Source: a virus (Duplodnaviria; Caudoviricetes). Taken from it: a stretch of DNA of 64,000 bases. Under the pieces are notes generated by a model. That model searched no databases. It was not told the DNA's origin and was given only the letters and a program-made list of their open reading frames with translations. Shown in pieces: positions 15,655 to 24,858 of the stretch. Position 1 is the first letter of the stretch. Every line of letters starts with the position of its first letter. A program made the position numbers and the translations under genes. Location: positions 64,001-128,000 of IMG/VR virus record IMGVR_UViG_3300048854_000081; one strand, given 5' to 3'.

Positions 15655-16819
15655 CATCGTTTATAACTACACCAATGAATCGGCTGGTACAACCCACTCA
15701 TTCATGAACGAATATGCGTTTTCATCTATAACAGGTGCTAATTTCAGTCATGTAAAACGTTATTCATTCGATGCGAATGGTAAAGTCAGCATGGATCAAA
15801 TCATGAGTTTGATCAATCCTTTGATCGATAAATTCAATTATGATAGGGTTATTTCATCCGCAGTTCGTGGTTTAGATTATAGTGATTACGAACAGGATGA
15901 CGAAGAGTTAGCCGAAACATCACTTACCGAAGATTATTTGGAATATGTTTATCTATTCTCAACTTCAAAGACTGTTGCAGTTAGCATCAATTTCTTCGGT
16001 GGTGGTAGCAATTATCTACAGTTGAATGTAGTTTGTCAGAAACATGATGTGGAATTGGCTGCTAGTACGTTCGAAGCCTTCTATGAAGTGATCACTTCAC
16101 TGAAAAAGCCTTCTGAAGAGAAAAGCAAAGTCAATTTCATTTGTCAGTCTGGTGCTGGTGGTTTGTACTTGAGTGAGCTTGAGCTACGAAAGGACAATAC
16201 TTTCGACCTAAATGCTCATTATAACGATGATTTCGTTCCTATTTCAGAACATATCATCGAATCACTCAATAAAAAGCGTGGTAAGGGCATCGTATTCTTG
16301 CATGGTAAGCACGGTACAGGTAAAACCACCTATCTACGTCACCTGATCCATAGCTTGAAGAAGAATGTGATCTACGTTTCACCTGATATGAGTGCTAGAG
16401 TATCGGAGCCTTCGTTCCTAACATTCCTCATGAAGCACAAAAATAGCGTTTTGATCATCGAAGATGCTGAAAACGTAATCAAAACTCGTGAAGCAGGTGA
16501 AAATCAAGCAGTTTCTAACCTATTGAACATCACTGATGGTATTTTGGGTGATGGTTTGAACTTCCAGATCATTTGTACCTTCAATACGGGCTTCGATAAC
16601 ATCGATCCAGCATTGAAGCGCAAGGGAAGAATGATTGCTCAATACGAATTCGGTAATCTATCTCGTGAGAAGACCTCAAATCTCGTTAAAGAGACCTACG
16701 GTTCAGAAGTTTTACCATTGCATTCGGAAATGTCACTTGCTGAAATCTTCAATATGCAAGAAGACAACTTTGAAAAGGTAGTTGCAAAACGAGCTATCGG
16801 CTTCACAGCTTCACTATAA
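15647..16819 (+). CDS. AAA+ family ATPase
   Basis: Walker A GKHGTGKT, Walker B LIIEDAE, SRH-like TFN...IDPALKRKGR. Confidence 0.9.
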   Translation: MSDIVYNYTNESAGTTHSFMNEYAFSSITGANFSHVKRYSFDANGKVSMDQIMSLINPLIDKFNYDRVISSAVRGLDYSDYEQDDEELAETSLTEDYLEYVYLFSTSKTVAVSINFFGGGSNYLQLNVVCQKHDVELAASTFEAFYEVITSLKKPSEEKSKVNFICQSGAGGLYLSELELRKDNTFDLNAHYNDDFVPISEHIIESLNKKRGKGIVFLHGKHGTGKTTYLRHLIHSLKKNVIYVSPDMSARVSEPSFLTFLMKHKNSVLIIEDAENVIKTREAGENQAVSNLLNITDGILGDGLNFQIICTFNTGFDNIDPALKRKGRMIAQYEFGNLSREKTSNLVKETYGSEVLPLHSEMSLAEIFNMQEDNFEKVVAKRAIGFTASL

Positions 16820-16820
16820 G

Positions 16821-16847
16821 AAAAGGCCGGGAATTCCCGGCCTTTTT
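16821..16847. terminator. bidirectional terminator
   Basis: AAAAGGCCGGG-aatt-CCCGGCCTTTTT between convergent genes. Confidence 0.9.
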
Positions 16848-16849
16848 GT

Positions 16850-17317
16850 TTACGCCTGTTGAGGCTGCTGTGGTGCTTGTTGCTGGACAGGTCTTTGTGG
16901 AGCGCCACCAGTAGTATCCTGATTACGGGAAGGCTGACCCTGTACGTTGCCACCCGGCTGCTGCTGGAACAGTTGAGTACCCTTTGCCTTCTGTAGAATC
17001 TGTTCTACTTCGGCAGCGATGGTGTTATCCAAACGCTTGATGAAACCACGTAGCTTGTTAAGATTCGACCATACACGGCTCTTCTGTGCTGGATCATTAA
17101 GCTTATTCACGATCTTGACAGCATTCATTGCGGCCATATAACGCTTCTTAGCTTCATCGAACATGTAAGACAAGTCTTCACTTTCGAAATCTAGTACACC
17201 TTCGTTAAGCTGCTTATCCTGCTTCTTGGCTTTCATCCATGTTTCATGAAGAGCCATGATGGCATCTTTCATTTCAGCCAATTCATTTTCAATAATAATT
17301 TTTTGTAGAACTTCCAT
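16850..17317 (-). CDS. late coiled-coil protein, possible head-internal
   Basis: MEVLQKIIIE start; Gln-rich tail. Confidence 0.75.
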   Translation of the reverse strand: MEVLQKIIIENELAEMKDAIMALHETWMKAKKQDKQLNEGVLDFESEDLSYMFDEAKKRYMAAMNAVKIVNKLNDPAQKSRVWSNLNKLRGFIKRLDNTIAAEVEQILQKAKGTQLFQQQPGGNVQGQPSRNQDTTGGAPQRPVQQQAPQQPQQA

Positions 17318-17326
17318 TATCTTACC

Positions 17327-17701
17327 TCAAAAAAGTTTGTACTTTGATTCTTCATCTTCTTCCTCTTCCTCATCATCGTTTTCCGAATCATCAAGGGAGA
17401 AGCTGGCTTCTTCACTTTCCGGGTCGCCGTCGATGACTTCGATGTTATCGTCGTCTTCAAGACCGCCTGCGGCTTTTTCTGCGTCGTGGCATGGGCACGA
17501 ACATGTAGCTGGGTCATGCTCTGGATGATCTTCATCATTACCCTGACCATCATCTTGACCAAATGAGAGTTCCATGTCGCCATCTTGACTCTCACCATCA
17601 TCTAAGCTATCATCACCCTTTACGAATTGTACTTCGTCTTCAGGTTTGGCCGGTGTGCTAAAAATAGCAAATTCTGTTATAAGCCCTTTAAGAACTTCCA
17701 T
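17327..17701 (-). CDS. highly acidic late protein
   Basis: GGAG RBS, ATAAATA upstream; D/E-rich; CSCPCH. Confidence 0.8.
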   Translation of the reverse strand: MEVLKGLITEFAIFSTPAKPEDEVQFVKGDDSLDDGESQDGDMELSFGQDDGQGNDEDHPEHDPATCSCPCHDAEKAAGGLEDDDNIEVIDGDPESEEASFSLDDSENDDEEEEEDEESKYKLF

Positions 17702-17756
17702 TACGATTCTCCGAAATCTTTACTATTTATTCTAAACTTTAGAAGGAGTTATAAAA

Positions 17757-18260
17757 ATGAGATTATATTCTTTTGTTAATGGTTTGTACATGAACTCGCT
17801 TCAGTATGGTCTTCAGACCGGCCATGTCATTTCTGAAATGGCCTTGCAGAACAATGCTAACTATTTTGAATGGGCATCCAAGCACAAGACCATCATCATC
17901 TGCGATGCTATCAACCTTGCTGGGTTGTTCCGTGTGCAGAAGCTATTGATCGATTTTACGTCCATGATCGGTAGTCTTAGTAAGGTTTTCTACCCAGTAG
18001 AATCGTTTAATGAGGATGAAGCTTCTCTTGGTGGGATCATGACGTGCGTTGGTGCTGTCATTCCTGAAGATATTTACGATTTCCCGCTTCATTACCCGGA
18101 AAGTAAGTACCTGAATCTTCTTGAAACGCTGTCACCACGTAAGCTCGTTGAAAACTATGAGTTTGCTATTGAAAACTTTCATGCTCAGGAATTTGGTGTG
18201 GAACGAATTAAATTTTTGACTTATTGCTTACTTAAGTCGTATAATTTGGCTCCACGTTGA
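17757..18260 (+). CDS. Pth2-like peptidyl-tRNA hydrolase-fold protein
   Basis: GLQTGH..., W...HKTIII, FNED....GGIMTCVG. Confidence 0.6.
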   Translation: MRLYSFVNGLYMNSLQYGLQTGHVISEMALQNNANYFEWASKHKTIIICDAINLAGLFRVQKLLIDFTSMIGSLSKVFYPVESFNEDEASLGGIMTCVGAVIPEDIYDFPLHYPESKYLNLLETLSPRKLVENYEFAIENFHAQEFGVERIKFLTYCLLKSYNLAPR

Positions 18261-18269
18261 GATTATTAA

Positions 18270-19298
18270 ATGAAGTTGATTGAAGATACGAAGCTCGATT
18301 TTAAAGATGTTTGTGTGGTACCTAAGCCCTCGCGAGCAGGGTCGAGAAGCGAAGTTAACCTTTCTTCTCAGTACCTCACACTCCATTCTAAGCAAATCAT
18401 TCGCGGTATCCCTATTATCGCTGCCAATATGAGTGCTGTAGCTACATTTGAAATGGCTAAAGCTCTTGCGGCCAACGGCATGTTCACTGCCCTTCACAAG
18501 CATTATTCTGTCGAAGAATTGGCTCAATTCTATAATTATTCCAATCGAGACGTCATCGATCATACCTTTTATACTCTAGGTATGCACGACATGGAGAAGT
18601 TTGAGCATTTTGTGGACCTGTGCCGTGACGGATTCCCCAAGTTAATCTGTCTCGATGTAGCCAATGGTTACATGCAGAACTTCCATCGTTTTATCCACAA
18701 AGTCAGAAATATATGTCGTGGCTCCATTATCATGGCAGGCAACGTCGTAACTCCTGAGGGTGTTCGGATCGTTGTCGATTCTGGTGCAGATATCGTTAAG
18801 GTGGGCATAGGATCATCGGCAGTATGTCGTACCCGTATGGTCGCTGGCGTGGGTGTTCCTCAGTTATCAGCCATCCTCGACTGTTATGAAATGACAAATA
18901 AAATGAATGCTTTGATGTGTTCGGATGGTGGTTGCAATTCACCGGGAGACTTTGTAAAAGCATTTGGGGCTGGCGCTGACTTTGTAATGTCTGGTACAAT
19001 GTTTGCCGGTCATGAGGAATGTGGTGGCGAAATTAGCGACGGTAAGATGGCTTTTTACGGTATGTCTTCCGAAGCAGCCATGAACAAACATCATGGTGGT
19101 ATGGCTAACCATCGATCTTCTGAAGGTATCCATACCATGGTAGATTACAAGGGTCCAGTTCAAAATACCGTGAATCATATCCTCGGCGGATTGAGAAGCG
19201 GTGGTAGTTACATCAATGCACTAACTCTTGCTGAGTTTGCACCAAACACAACTTTCGTTAAAGTTAATAGACCTTACAACAATATTTTTGGAGAATAA
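18270..19298 (+). CDS. guaC: GMP reductase
   Basis: [50 protein letters not shown]. Confidence 0.92.
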   Translation: MKLIEDTKLDFKDVCVVPKPSRAGSRSEVNLSSQYLTLHSKQIIRGIPIIAANMSAVATFEMAKALAANGMFTALHKHYSVEELAQFYNYSNRDVIDHTFYTLGMHDMEKFEHFVDLCRDGFPKLICLDVANGYMQNFHRFIHKVRNICRGSIIMAGNVVTPEGVRIVVDSGADIVKVGIGSSAVCRTRMVAGVGVPQLSAILDCYEMTNKMNALMCSDGGCNSPGDFVKAFGAGADFVMSGTMFAGHEECGGEISDGKMAFYGMSSEAAMNKHHGGMANHRSSEGIHTMVDYKGPVQNTVNHILGGLRSGGSYINALTLAEFAPNTTFVKVNRPYNNIFGE

Positions 19299-19300
19299 CA

Positions 19301-20008
19301 ATGAAGCAACCCAACACTGGTCCGTCACTTACTGACCGCATGAAGGCTTATGAGCAGGTTAACACTGGCTATCTAATGAAGCGTACACCTGTCGTCATCC
19401 GCTTGGATGGCAAGGCTTTTAAATCATGGACATCAAACCTCAATCGTCCTTTCGATCCTATCCTTCCTGAACTAATGAAGGAAACCGTTAAGTACCTGAT
19501 GAAGGAAGTACAGGGTTGCACATTTGCATTCTCTCAGTCCGATGAGATTTCTATTTTCCTTCGTGATTATGATTCTCTGACCACTGAGGGTTGGTTTGGT
19601 TACAATGTACAGAAGATGATTAGTGTGTCGGCTTCTCTAGTGACTGCGAAATTCAATCAGGCGGCTGCTAAATACGATTTACCTTTAGCCCATTTTGATG
19701 CGAGAGTGTTTTCTCTTCCTAAGGAAGAGGTTGTTAATTATTTCATCTATCGTCAGCATGACGGTGTACGAAATAGTGTGAGTATGCATGCTCATGATGT
19801 GTTCGGTCATAAGGCTGTACAGGGAAAGAGTGTGATTGAAATGAAGCAAATGCTTAAGGATGAAGGTAAGTCTTGGGATGATCTTCCGACTCAGTTCCGT
19901 CATGGAATTGCTATCCGAAAGGATGAGTCGCAGATTACGACTGAACTTCCTCTCTTTAAGGATGATAGAAGTTACATTGAAGAACTAGTTTACGTTAAAG
20001 CAGAATAA
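19301..20008 (+). CDS. thg1: tRNA-His guanylyltransferase Thg1/TLP family
   Basis: RLDGKAF, QSDEIS, FDARVF, RQ.D..RNS. Confidence 0.92.
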   Translation: MKQPNTGPSLTDRMKAYEQVNTGYLMKRTPVVIRLDGKAFKSWTSNLNRPFDPILPELMKETVKYLMKEVQGCTFAFSQSDEISIFLRDYDSLTTEGWFGYNVQKMISVSASLVTAKFNQAAAKYDLPLAHFDARVFSLPKEEVVNYFIYRQHDGVRNSVSMHAHDVFGHKAVQGKSVIEMKQMLKDEGKSWDDLPTQFRHGIAIRKDESQITTELPLFKDDRSYIEELVYVKAE

Positions 20009-20022
20009 AAACAGGAAATATA

Positions 20023-20385
20023 ATGAGTGATGTAAAAGTAATTGCGTTTAACAACGGTATGCAGGTTATCGCCAACGTTGTAAAAGAAGATGCCACCCAT
20101 CTTCATGTGGAAGATATGTTAGTCATCGTCCTCATCCCACCACAGCCAATTCGTGATGACGAAGGTAATGTGACTGGTAATACACCGCCACGTCTTCAGT
20201 TCGCTGAATTCAGTGATTTCATGGTGTTGAGTGATTTTGGTGATGGTGTTTCGGGTAAGGTTCCACATACCAGCTACATGTTGCTATCCGATCCAGTGGA
20301 TACGATTGCTGCTGGTTTCAGTAGCCGTACTAGCAGAATTCAGCTAGCCTCGGTTTCTAATTCTGGTAAAATCATTACCAAGTAA
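20023..20385 (+). CDS. hypothetical protein (possible Sm-like fold)
   Basis: CAGGA RBS; VKVIAF.NG.QVIA. Confidence 0.7.
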   Translation: MSDVKVIAFNNGMQVIANVVKEDATHLHVEDMLVIVLIPPQPIRDDEGNVTGNTPPRLQFAEFSDFMVLSDFGDGVSGKVPHTSYMLLSDPVDTIAAGFSSRTSRIQLASVSNSGKIITK

Positions 20386-20387
20386 TT

Positions 20388-20702
20388 ATGTATTACACTA
20401 GTATACTATATAAGAAAGATAACAAAGTATACCTAGGATCGGTGTCGCCAAGCAATCCAAAGGCTGTTGAAGCTTTTGGATTGCTTTTTTCTGTCAAGGC
20501 TAAAACATTCTCAGAAGAAATGGTTTATATCGTCATGGTGGAAAAGGTTGAAGGTGAACCTGTTAAGGTATATGAGTTAGAAAAGTTCACTGCCGGTTCT
20601 GTATTGAACGGTGGAACGATTGCTGATGCCAATCTAAACACGATGTTGTCTGTAGCTACGGTACTCTTAGAGAGCCATCTAAAGCGTCTCAGATACCATT
20701 GA
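20388..20702 (+). CDS. hypothetical protein
   Basis: Co-oriented, 2 bp gap. Confidence 0.65.
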   Translation: MYYTSILYKKDNKVYLGSVSPSNPKAVEAFGLLFSVKAKTFSEEMVYIVMVEKVEGEPVKVYELEKFTAGSVLNGGTIADANLNTMLSVATVLLESHLKRLRYH

Positions 20703-21006
20703 AGTTGATATTATAGGCTTGTTCAAAGAAACTACGTTCCTCGTGCTCTAATTCGAAGATAACTCGATTAAGATTCCATTGCTTTGGATGAACGTTATAC
20801 ATGATCATGGTTTGACCTTTCTGCAAGGCAAACCAGAAGGCCACACCACCCAAAATCTTGGGTTGTAGCTCATTGAAATACTGGCCGGTCTTCAGGCTAT
20901 AGTTATAAAGAAATTCAGCAATCTTCTCAGTTACCTGTGGCACATCAAGGTCCGAGACCAATTCCGTTTGCAACTCTTTTTCTTTTAAAATTCTTCCCTT
21001 ATCCAT
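20689..21006 (-). CDS. hypothetical protein
   Basis: Coupled to the ORF starting at 21292. Confidence 0.65.
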   Translation of the reverse strand: MDKGRILKEKELQTELVSDLDVPQVTEKIAEFLYNYSLKTGQYFNELQPKILGGVAFWFALQKGQTMIMYNVHPKQWNLNRVIFELEHEERSFFEQAYNINFNGI

Positions 21007-21292
21007 AATGATACTCTATCGTTTCTACTGAGTATATATTAAGTAGATAGGTAAGCTGTTCTTCTAATTGGGATTTTAGTTCCATGAACTCAATAGACTT
21101 GGCATAAGTCTCCGCATAGTCACGGAACGAGTCATAGTAACAGAGAGATTTAAAACGAGGGAACTTGAATTCAAGATTCAAGTTTTGGGAACCATAATTT
21201 ATTAAAACTACGTCGGTGATCGTGTCACAAGTGGTGCAGACATACGTGTTCCAGTAGTTTACTAAATCTAGTTCGAAGTGTTTCAGCTTCAT
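20999..21292 (-). CDS. hypothetical protein
   Basis: ATG 21292 behind TATAAATA. Confidence 0.65.
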   Translation of the reverse strand: MKLKHFELDLVNYWNTYVCTTCDTITDVVLINYGSQNLNLEFKFPRFKSLCYYDSFRDYAETYAKSIEFMELKSQLEEQLTYLLNIYSVETIEYHYG

Positions 21293-21314
21293 ACAAACGT
21301 CCGTTACCAAAAAT

Positions 21315-21326
21315 TATTTATAAATA
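21315..21326. promoter_or_regulatory. overlapping divergent T4-type late promoters
   Basis: Palindrome TATTTATAAATA gives TATAAATA on both strands between divergent genes. Confidence 0.75.
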
Positions 21327-21349
21327 TTATGACATCTATTGGTAAATTT

Positions 21350-21952
21350 ATGGGCTTGTTTCAAGAAATTATTATTGCAGAAAACCACAAGGCTTCTCAG
21401 AAGGAGCTTGAGTACACTCATTCTCTTATCAATAAGACATACAATGAATGGCGTAAGATTCGTCGCAGAATTAATGCAGTAGATATCATCACGACTACGG
21501 TTAACAGAATCATCAAGATGAACCCGGAATCTATCCAGTTCTTGAATGATGAAATGAAAATGAAGATGGCTATCCTGATCATGCGTTGCATGGATAACCC
21601 ATATTGGAAGCCAGTTTCCAATAAAGAGAAGCTTTACACCAAGCTATTTCCTCTAATCAAACCTCTAGAGAACTTCGCGCTCAATACAGGCACCAACGGA
21701 ACGCTTAAGCAAATTATCATGACTCGCCTAAGTGCGAACCTTGCTATGCAGGATGAACACAATAAGGGTAAAGTTATGGTGTGCTATGAGCCAACCATGC
21801 CTATTGCCTACTCCCGTTATCTTCTCGGTGAACACAAGCCAGACAAGGTTTACAAGATGCAGGCTTTATCCATGCCCGAAGACTTTGAAACCTTGATCCA
21901 TATCATCAGACTTGATTTGGATAAGGCCATGAAGAAAGCTTCAGCCAAATAA
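21350..21952 (+). CDS. late hypothetical protein
   Basis: MGLFQEIIIAE start behind late promoter. Confidence 0.7.
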   Translation: MGLFQEIIIAENHKASQKELEYTHSLINKTYNEWRKIRRRINAVDIITTTVNRIIKMNPESIQFLNDEMKMKMAILIMRCMDNPYWKPVSNKEKLYTKLFPLIKPLENFALNTGTNGTLKQIIMTRLSANLAMQDEHNKGKVMVCYEPTMPIAYSRYLLGEHKPDKVYKMQALSMPEDFETLIHIIRLDLDKAMKKASAK

Positions 21953-21960
21953 AAACTTCG

Positions 21961-22737
21961 TCATATTTCTATGACGAAGTTGGGGTCGAAGTTACCCTGA
22001 TTTTCCTTACCATAACCTCGGGGATTAGCCAAGACTCTGGTGTTTCCTACCATATAGTCTGAACTGTTATGACAATGGCCGTGAACCCAAAGATCGATTT
22101 CATGATCTAGGATGAATTCACTCAAGTCAGAAACGAATCCTGCGTTCAGTACGCTTCCCTTATACTTTTCGGCAACAGACTCGTACGTTGGAGCATGATG
22201 CGTCAGAACGATTTTCTTATCCGTAATGGCTTCCTTTAACGCATTATCAATGAACTCCAAGTCTTTCTTGTGCATAGCCATCGCATCAAGAGGCTTAAAT
22301 TTTCTCTGATATGGGAAATTGGCAGTGCCAATTCGGATATTGTGGAAGTCATTAAGACCTTGATTGACTTGCCAGATAGCCATGGGATCGCCCTTAGCCA
22401 TATCTGTCCACAACGTAGCCCCGATGATGGTAACACCATCAAGAACCACAGACCTTCGATCCATCACCAAAACGTTAGGAATGTCTACGATGGCATTCTT
22501 GAATTTGGTGATAGCATTGTTGATGCTTCCACCGTAATATTCATGATTACCAAAAATCACGAGGACATTCATGTAGTTTGGCGCAGCATCTAACAAGAAC
22601 TCACGAAAATACTTCACGCGATCAATCTCGCATGTATCTCCGATTAAGGCTAGTACAGTGTTCTTTGAGTCTTCGGGGGGAAAATCCTTATAAGAAACGA
22701 TGTCCAGATGTAGGTCACTAATCAATTTAATTTTCAT
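21961..22737 (-). CDS. calcineurin-like metallophosphoesterase
   Basis: SDLH, GD, GNHEYY, THHAP, HGH.H, NPRGY. Confidence 0.92.
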   Translation of the reverse strand: MKIKLISDLHLDIVSYKDFPPEDSKNTVLALIGDTCEIDRVKYFREFLLDAAPNYMNVLVIFGNHEYYGGSINNAITKFKNAIVDIPNVLVMDRRSVVLDGVTIIGATLWTDMAKGDPMAIWQVNQGLNDFHNIRIGTANFPYQRKFKPLDAMAMHKKDLEFIDNALKEAITDKKIVLTHHAPTYESVAEKYKGSVLNAGFVSDLSEFILDHEIDLWVHGHCHNSSDYMVGNTRVLANPRGYGKENQGNFDPNFVIEI

Positions 22738-22789
22738 AAGGTTTCTTCCTGCAAATAAATATATTCACACACTTACAGGAACTTGTCAA

Positions 22790-23509
22790 ATGAGCAACAC
22801 TTACTATGGTTTAGGTCACATCGAACATTCTGATCCTCGCGATGCTCTATTCCCCATGTCTGCCGTACTACCGGAACGTCCTTTCATTACTCAAAAGATG
22901 TGGTGGGATAACGGTTGGTGGGGCAATCAAGGTAACACTTCGATGTGCACTGTTTACTCATGGTCTCATTGGTTAGAAGACGGTCCTCTCATTCAAGATG
23001 GCCTAGGACAGCGTGAAAAGCCGTTGTTCGATGTTCAGAAGCTTTATCATAAAGCTCAGTTGAACGATGGTATTCCGGGTACCAATTACAATGGTTCGAC
23101 TGTTCGTGCTGTTGCTAAGATTCTTAAAGATATGGGTGTGATCGGCGAATACCGTTGGGCAGCATCCGTTGACGATATTGTCACTTGTCTTCTAACTCTC
23201 GGTCCTGTAGTTGTGGGTACTCGTTGGTATACTTCCATGTTCTCACCAGATAGTCAAGGGCTGGTCAAACCTGTAGGTGGAATGGCTGGTGGTCATGCTT
23301 ACTTGTTAAATGGTGTGGATGTTGACAAGAAATTGATCCGCATCAAGAATTCATGGGGTAAGGAGTGGGGTCAGGACGGTCATGCTTATGTTTCATTTGA
23401 TGACTTTGCCAAGCTTCTAGCTGATGGTGGTCAGGCTTGTATGGCCTTTGCTCAGAAGCTAACAGTGTTACCAAATCTGGATAGCACGCAAGACCAAGAT
23501 GTAACATAA
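22790..23509 (+). CDS. papain-like (C1A) cysteine peptidase
   Basis: NQG..SMC, GGHA, NSWG.EWG..G; late promoter at 22755. Confidence 0.85.
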   Translation: MSNTYYGLGHIEHSDPRDALFPMSAVLPERPFITQKMWWDNGWWGNQGNTSMCTVYSWSHWLEDGPLIQDGLGQREKPLFDVQKLYHKAQLNDGIPGTNYNGSTVRAVAKILKDMGVIGEYRWAASVDDIVTCLLTLGPVVVGTRWYTSMFSPDSQGLVKPVGGMAGGHAYLLNGVDVDKKLIRIKNSWGKEWGQDGHAYVSFDDFAKLLADGGQACMAFAQKLTVLPNLDSTQDQDVT

Positions 23510-23536
23510 AAAAAGGGAGCTTTCGCTCCCTTTTTT
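23509..23536. terminator. bidirectional terminator
   Basis: AAAAAAGGGAGC-tttc-GCTCCCTTTTTT. Confidence 0.9.
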
Positions 23537-24851
23537 ATTTCAGTACCTTTAGAAGTTTCTCTAGATCGAGTCTGTATTCAGTTTCGGCCGTCGTTCCCTT
23601 AAAATATACACAACTCTCGTATAGTTCAAGGTACTTGTTGCCCAACTTATCAATTTCTTCCGTCGTTAGATGATAGAAATTCATGTTTAACAGCGAATCG
23701 ATGTGCTCTGGCTTAAACTTAAGTGCGATCAATTCATCATTCAATTGCTTCTTGGATTTTTCCTTGAAGGTAATCTTGTTCGCGATAACTGACTCAATGA
23801 ACTTAATCTTAGCTTTTAACAACGCCATATCGGTTGTTAAGATGTCCAGTTCTTTTTCAATACGTTTTTGAACGTACTTAAGACGGAAATCACAGAAATC
23901 CTTGATCAAATCGATAGGTGTATCGTAAATCTTAAACTTACCTTCCGGATCAATGACCGATAGGTTTTCAGTGAATGACTTTCTTAGCTTAAAGGTCTTT
24001 TCGATATCACCATCAAAATCTCTTCTAAGAGTAACCAAGAACTGGAAGCCATTCATATCACACTGGTCTTCATAGTTGACCAATACGCCGTTCTCTTCCA
24101 ATGTATCAAGAATCTCTACATAGGTTTCACGATCATAACCGTAAGGAACTTCTGTGATGAGAAGCTTTGTCTTACCCTTGAGTTCGAATGTACCAACGAC
24201 ATCGTAACTCTTAGGACCAGTTCTCTCAACCGTGCCAGTGAACTGGGGGAACTTCGGTAGCAATGTTTTACCATCGATGCTCTTACCGCTCAGATACATC
24301 GCAGTGAGCTTCGTAACCTCCTTCACGTCGTAGGGAAGGATATCGGTAGCAAAGCCCGTAGCAACGCCGCTGATGCCATTCAGAAGCACATACGGGATGA
24401 TAGGAAGATACCATTTAGGTGTCTTGATATCTTCATCGATATGTTCGGGACATAGATCGGTATCCATGAAGAAATTGTAGAAATTCTTATGAATCTTGGC
24501 GAAGATGTAACGTGCTGCTGCCGGTTTCTGTACCAATCGAGTACCAAAGTTACCATCGCCTTCTAGTAAGGGATTGTTATTCTGCCAATCGGAACCCATC
24601 GCAGTAGCCGCACCCTGTGCAGATGTTTCGCCGTGATGGTAACCATATGCTGAAACGTTACCTGCAATCTCTGCTACCTTGGCAAATCTATCCTTAGCAT
24701 TCTTCAATGCCGAATACAGAATGAAGCGCTGGCTTGGCTTTAAGCCGTCTACCATGGAAGGAATAGCACGCTCTTCTACAGTATAGAGAGCGTATTCCTT
24801 CCAGTTCTTGGCAACAACTACGGTTAGTGGTACTTTTTTATTCTTAGCCAT
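23535..24851 (-). CDS. type II DNA topoisomerase medium subunit (T4 gp52-like)
   Basis: RAIPSMVDGLKPSQR, YHHGE, GNFG, AAARYI. Confidence 0.95.
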   Translation of the reverse strand: MAKNKKVPLTVVVAKNWKEYALYTVEERAIPSMVDGLKPSQRFILYSALKNAKDRFAKVAEIAGNVSAYGYHHGETSAQGAATAMGSDWQNNNPLLEGDGNFGTRLVQKPAAARYIFAKIHKNFYNFFMDTDLCPEHIDEDIKTPKWYLPIIPYVLLNGISGVATGFATDILPYDVKEVTKLTAMYLSGKSIDGKTLLPKFPQFTGTVERTGPKSYDVVGTFELKGKTKLLITEVPYGYDRETYVEILDTLEENGVLVNYEDQCDMNGFQFLVTLRRDFDGDIEKTFKLRKSFTENLSVIDPEGKFKIYDTPIDLIKDFCDFRLKYVQKRIEKELDILTTDMALLKAKIKFIESVIANKITFKEKSKKQLNDELIALKFKPEHIDSLLNMNFYHLTTEEIDKLGNKYLELYESCVYFKGTTAETEYRLDLEKLLKVLK

Positions 24852-24858
24852 TATCTCA

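Noticed and set aside
17317-17601. Alternative-frame 94-aa minus ORF
   Set aside because: Frame shadow of the acidic protein 17327-17701, which has the RBS and late promoter
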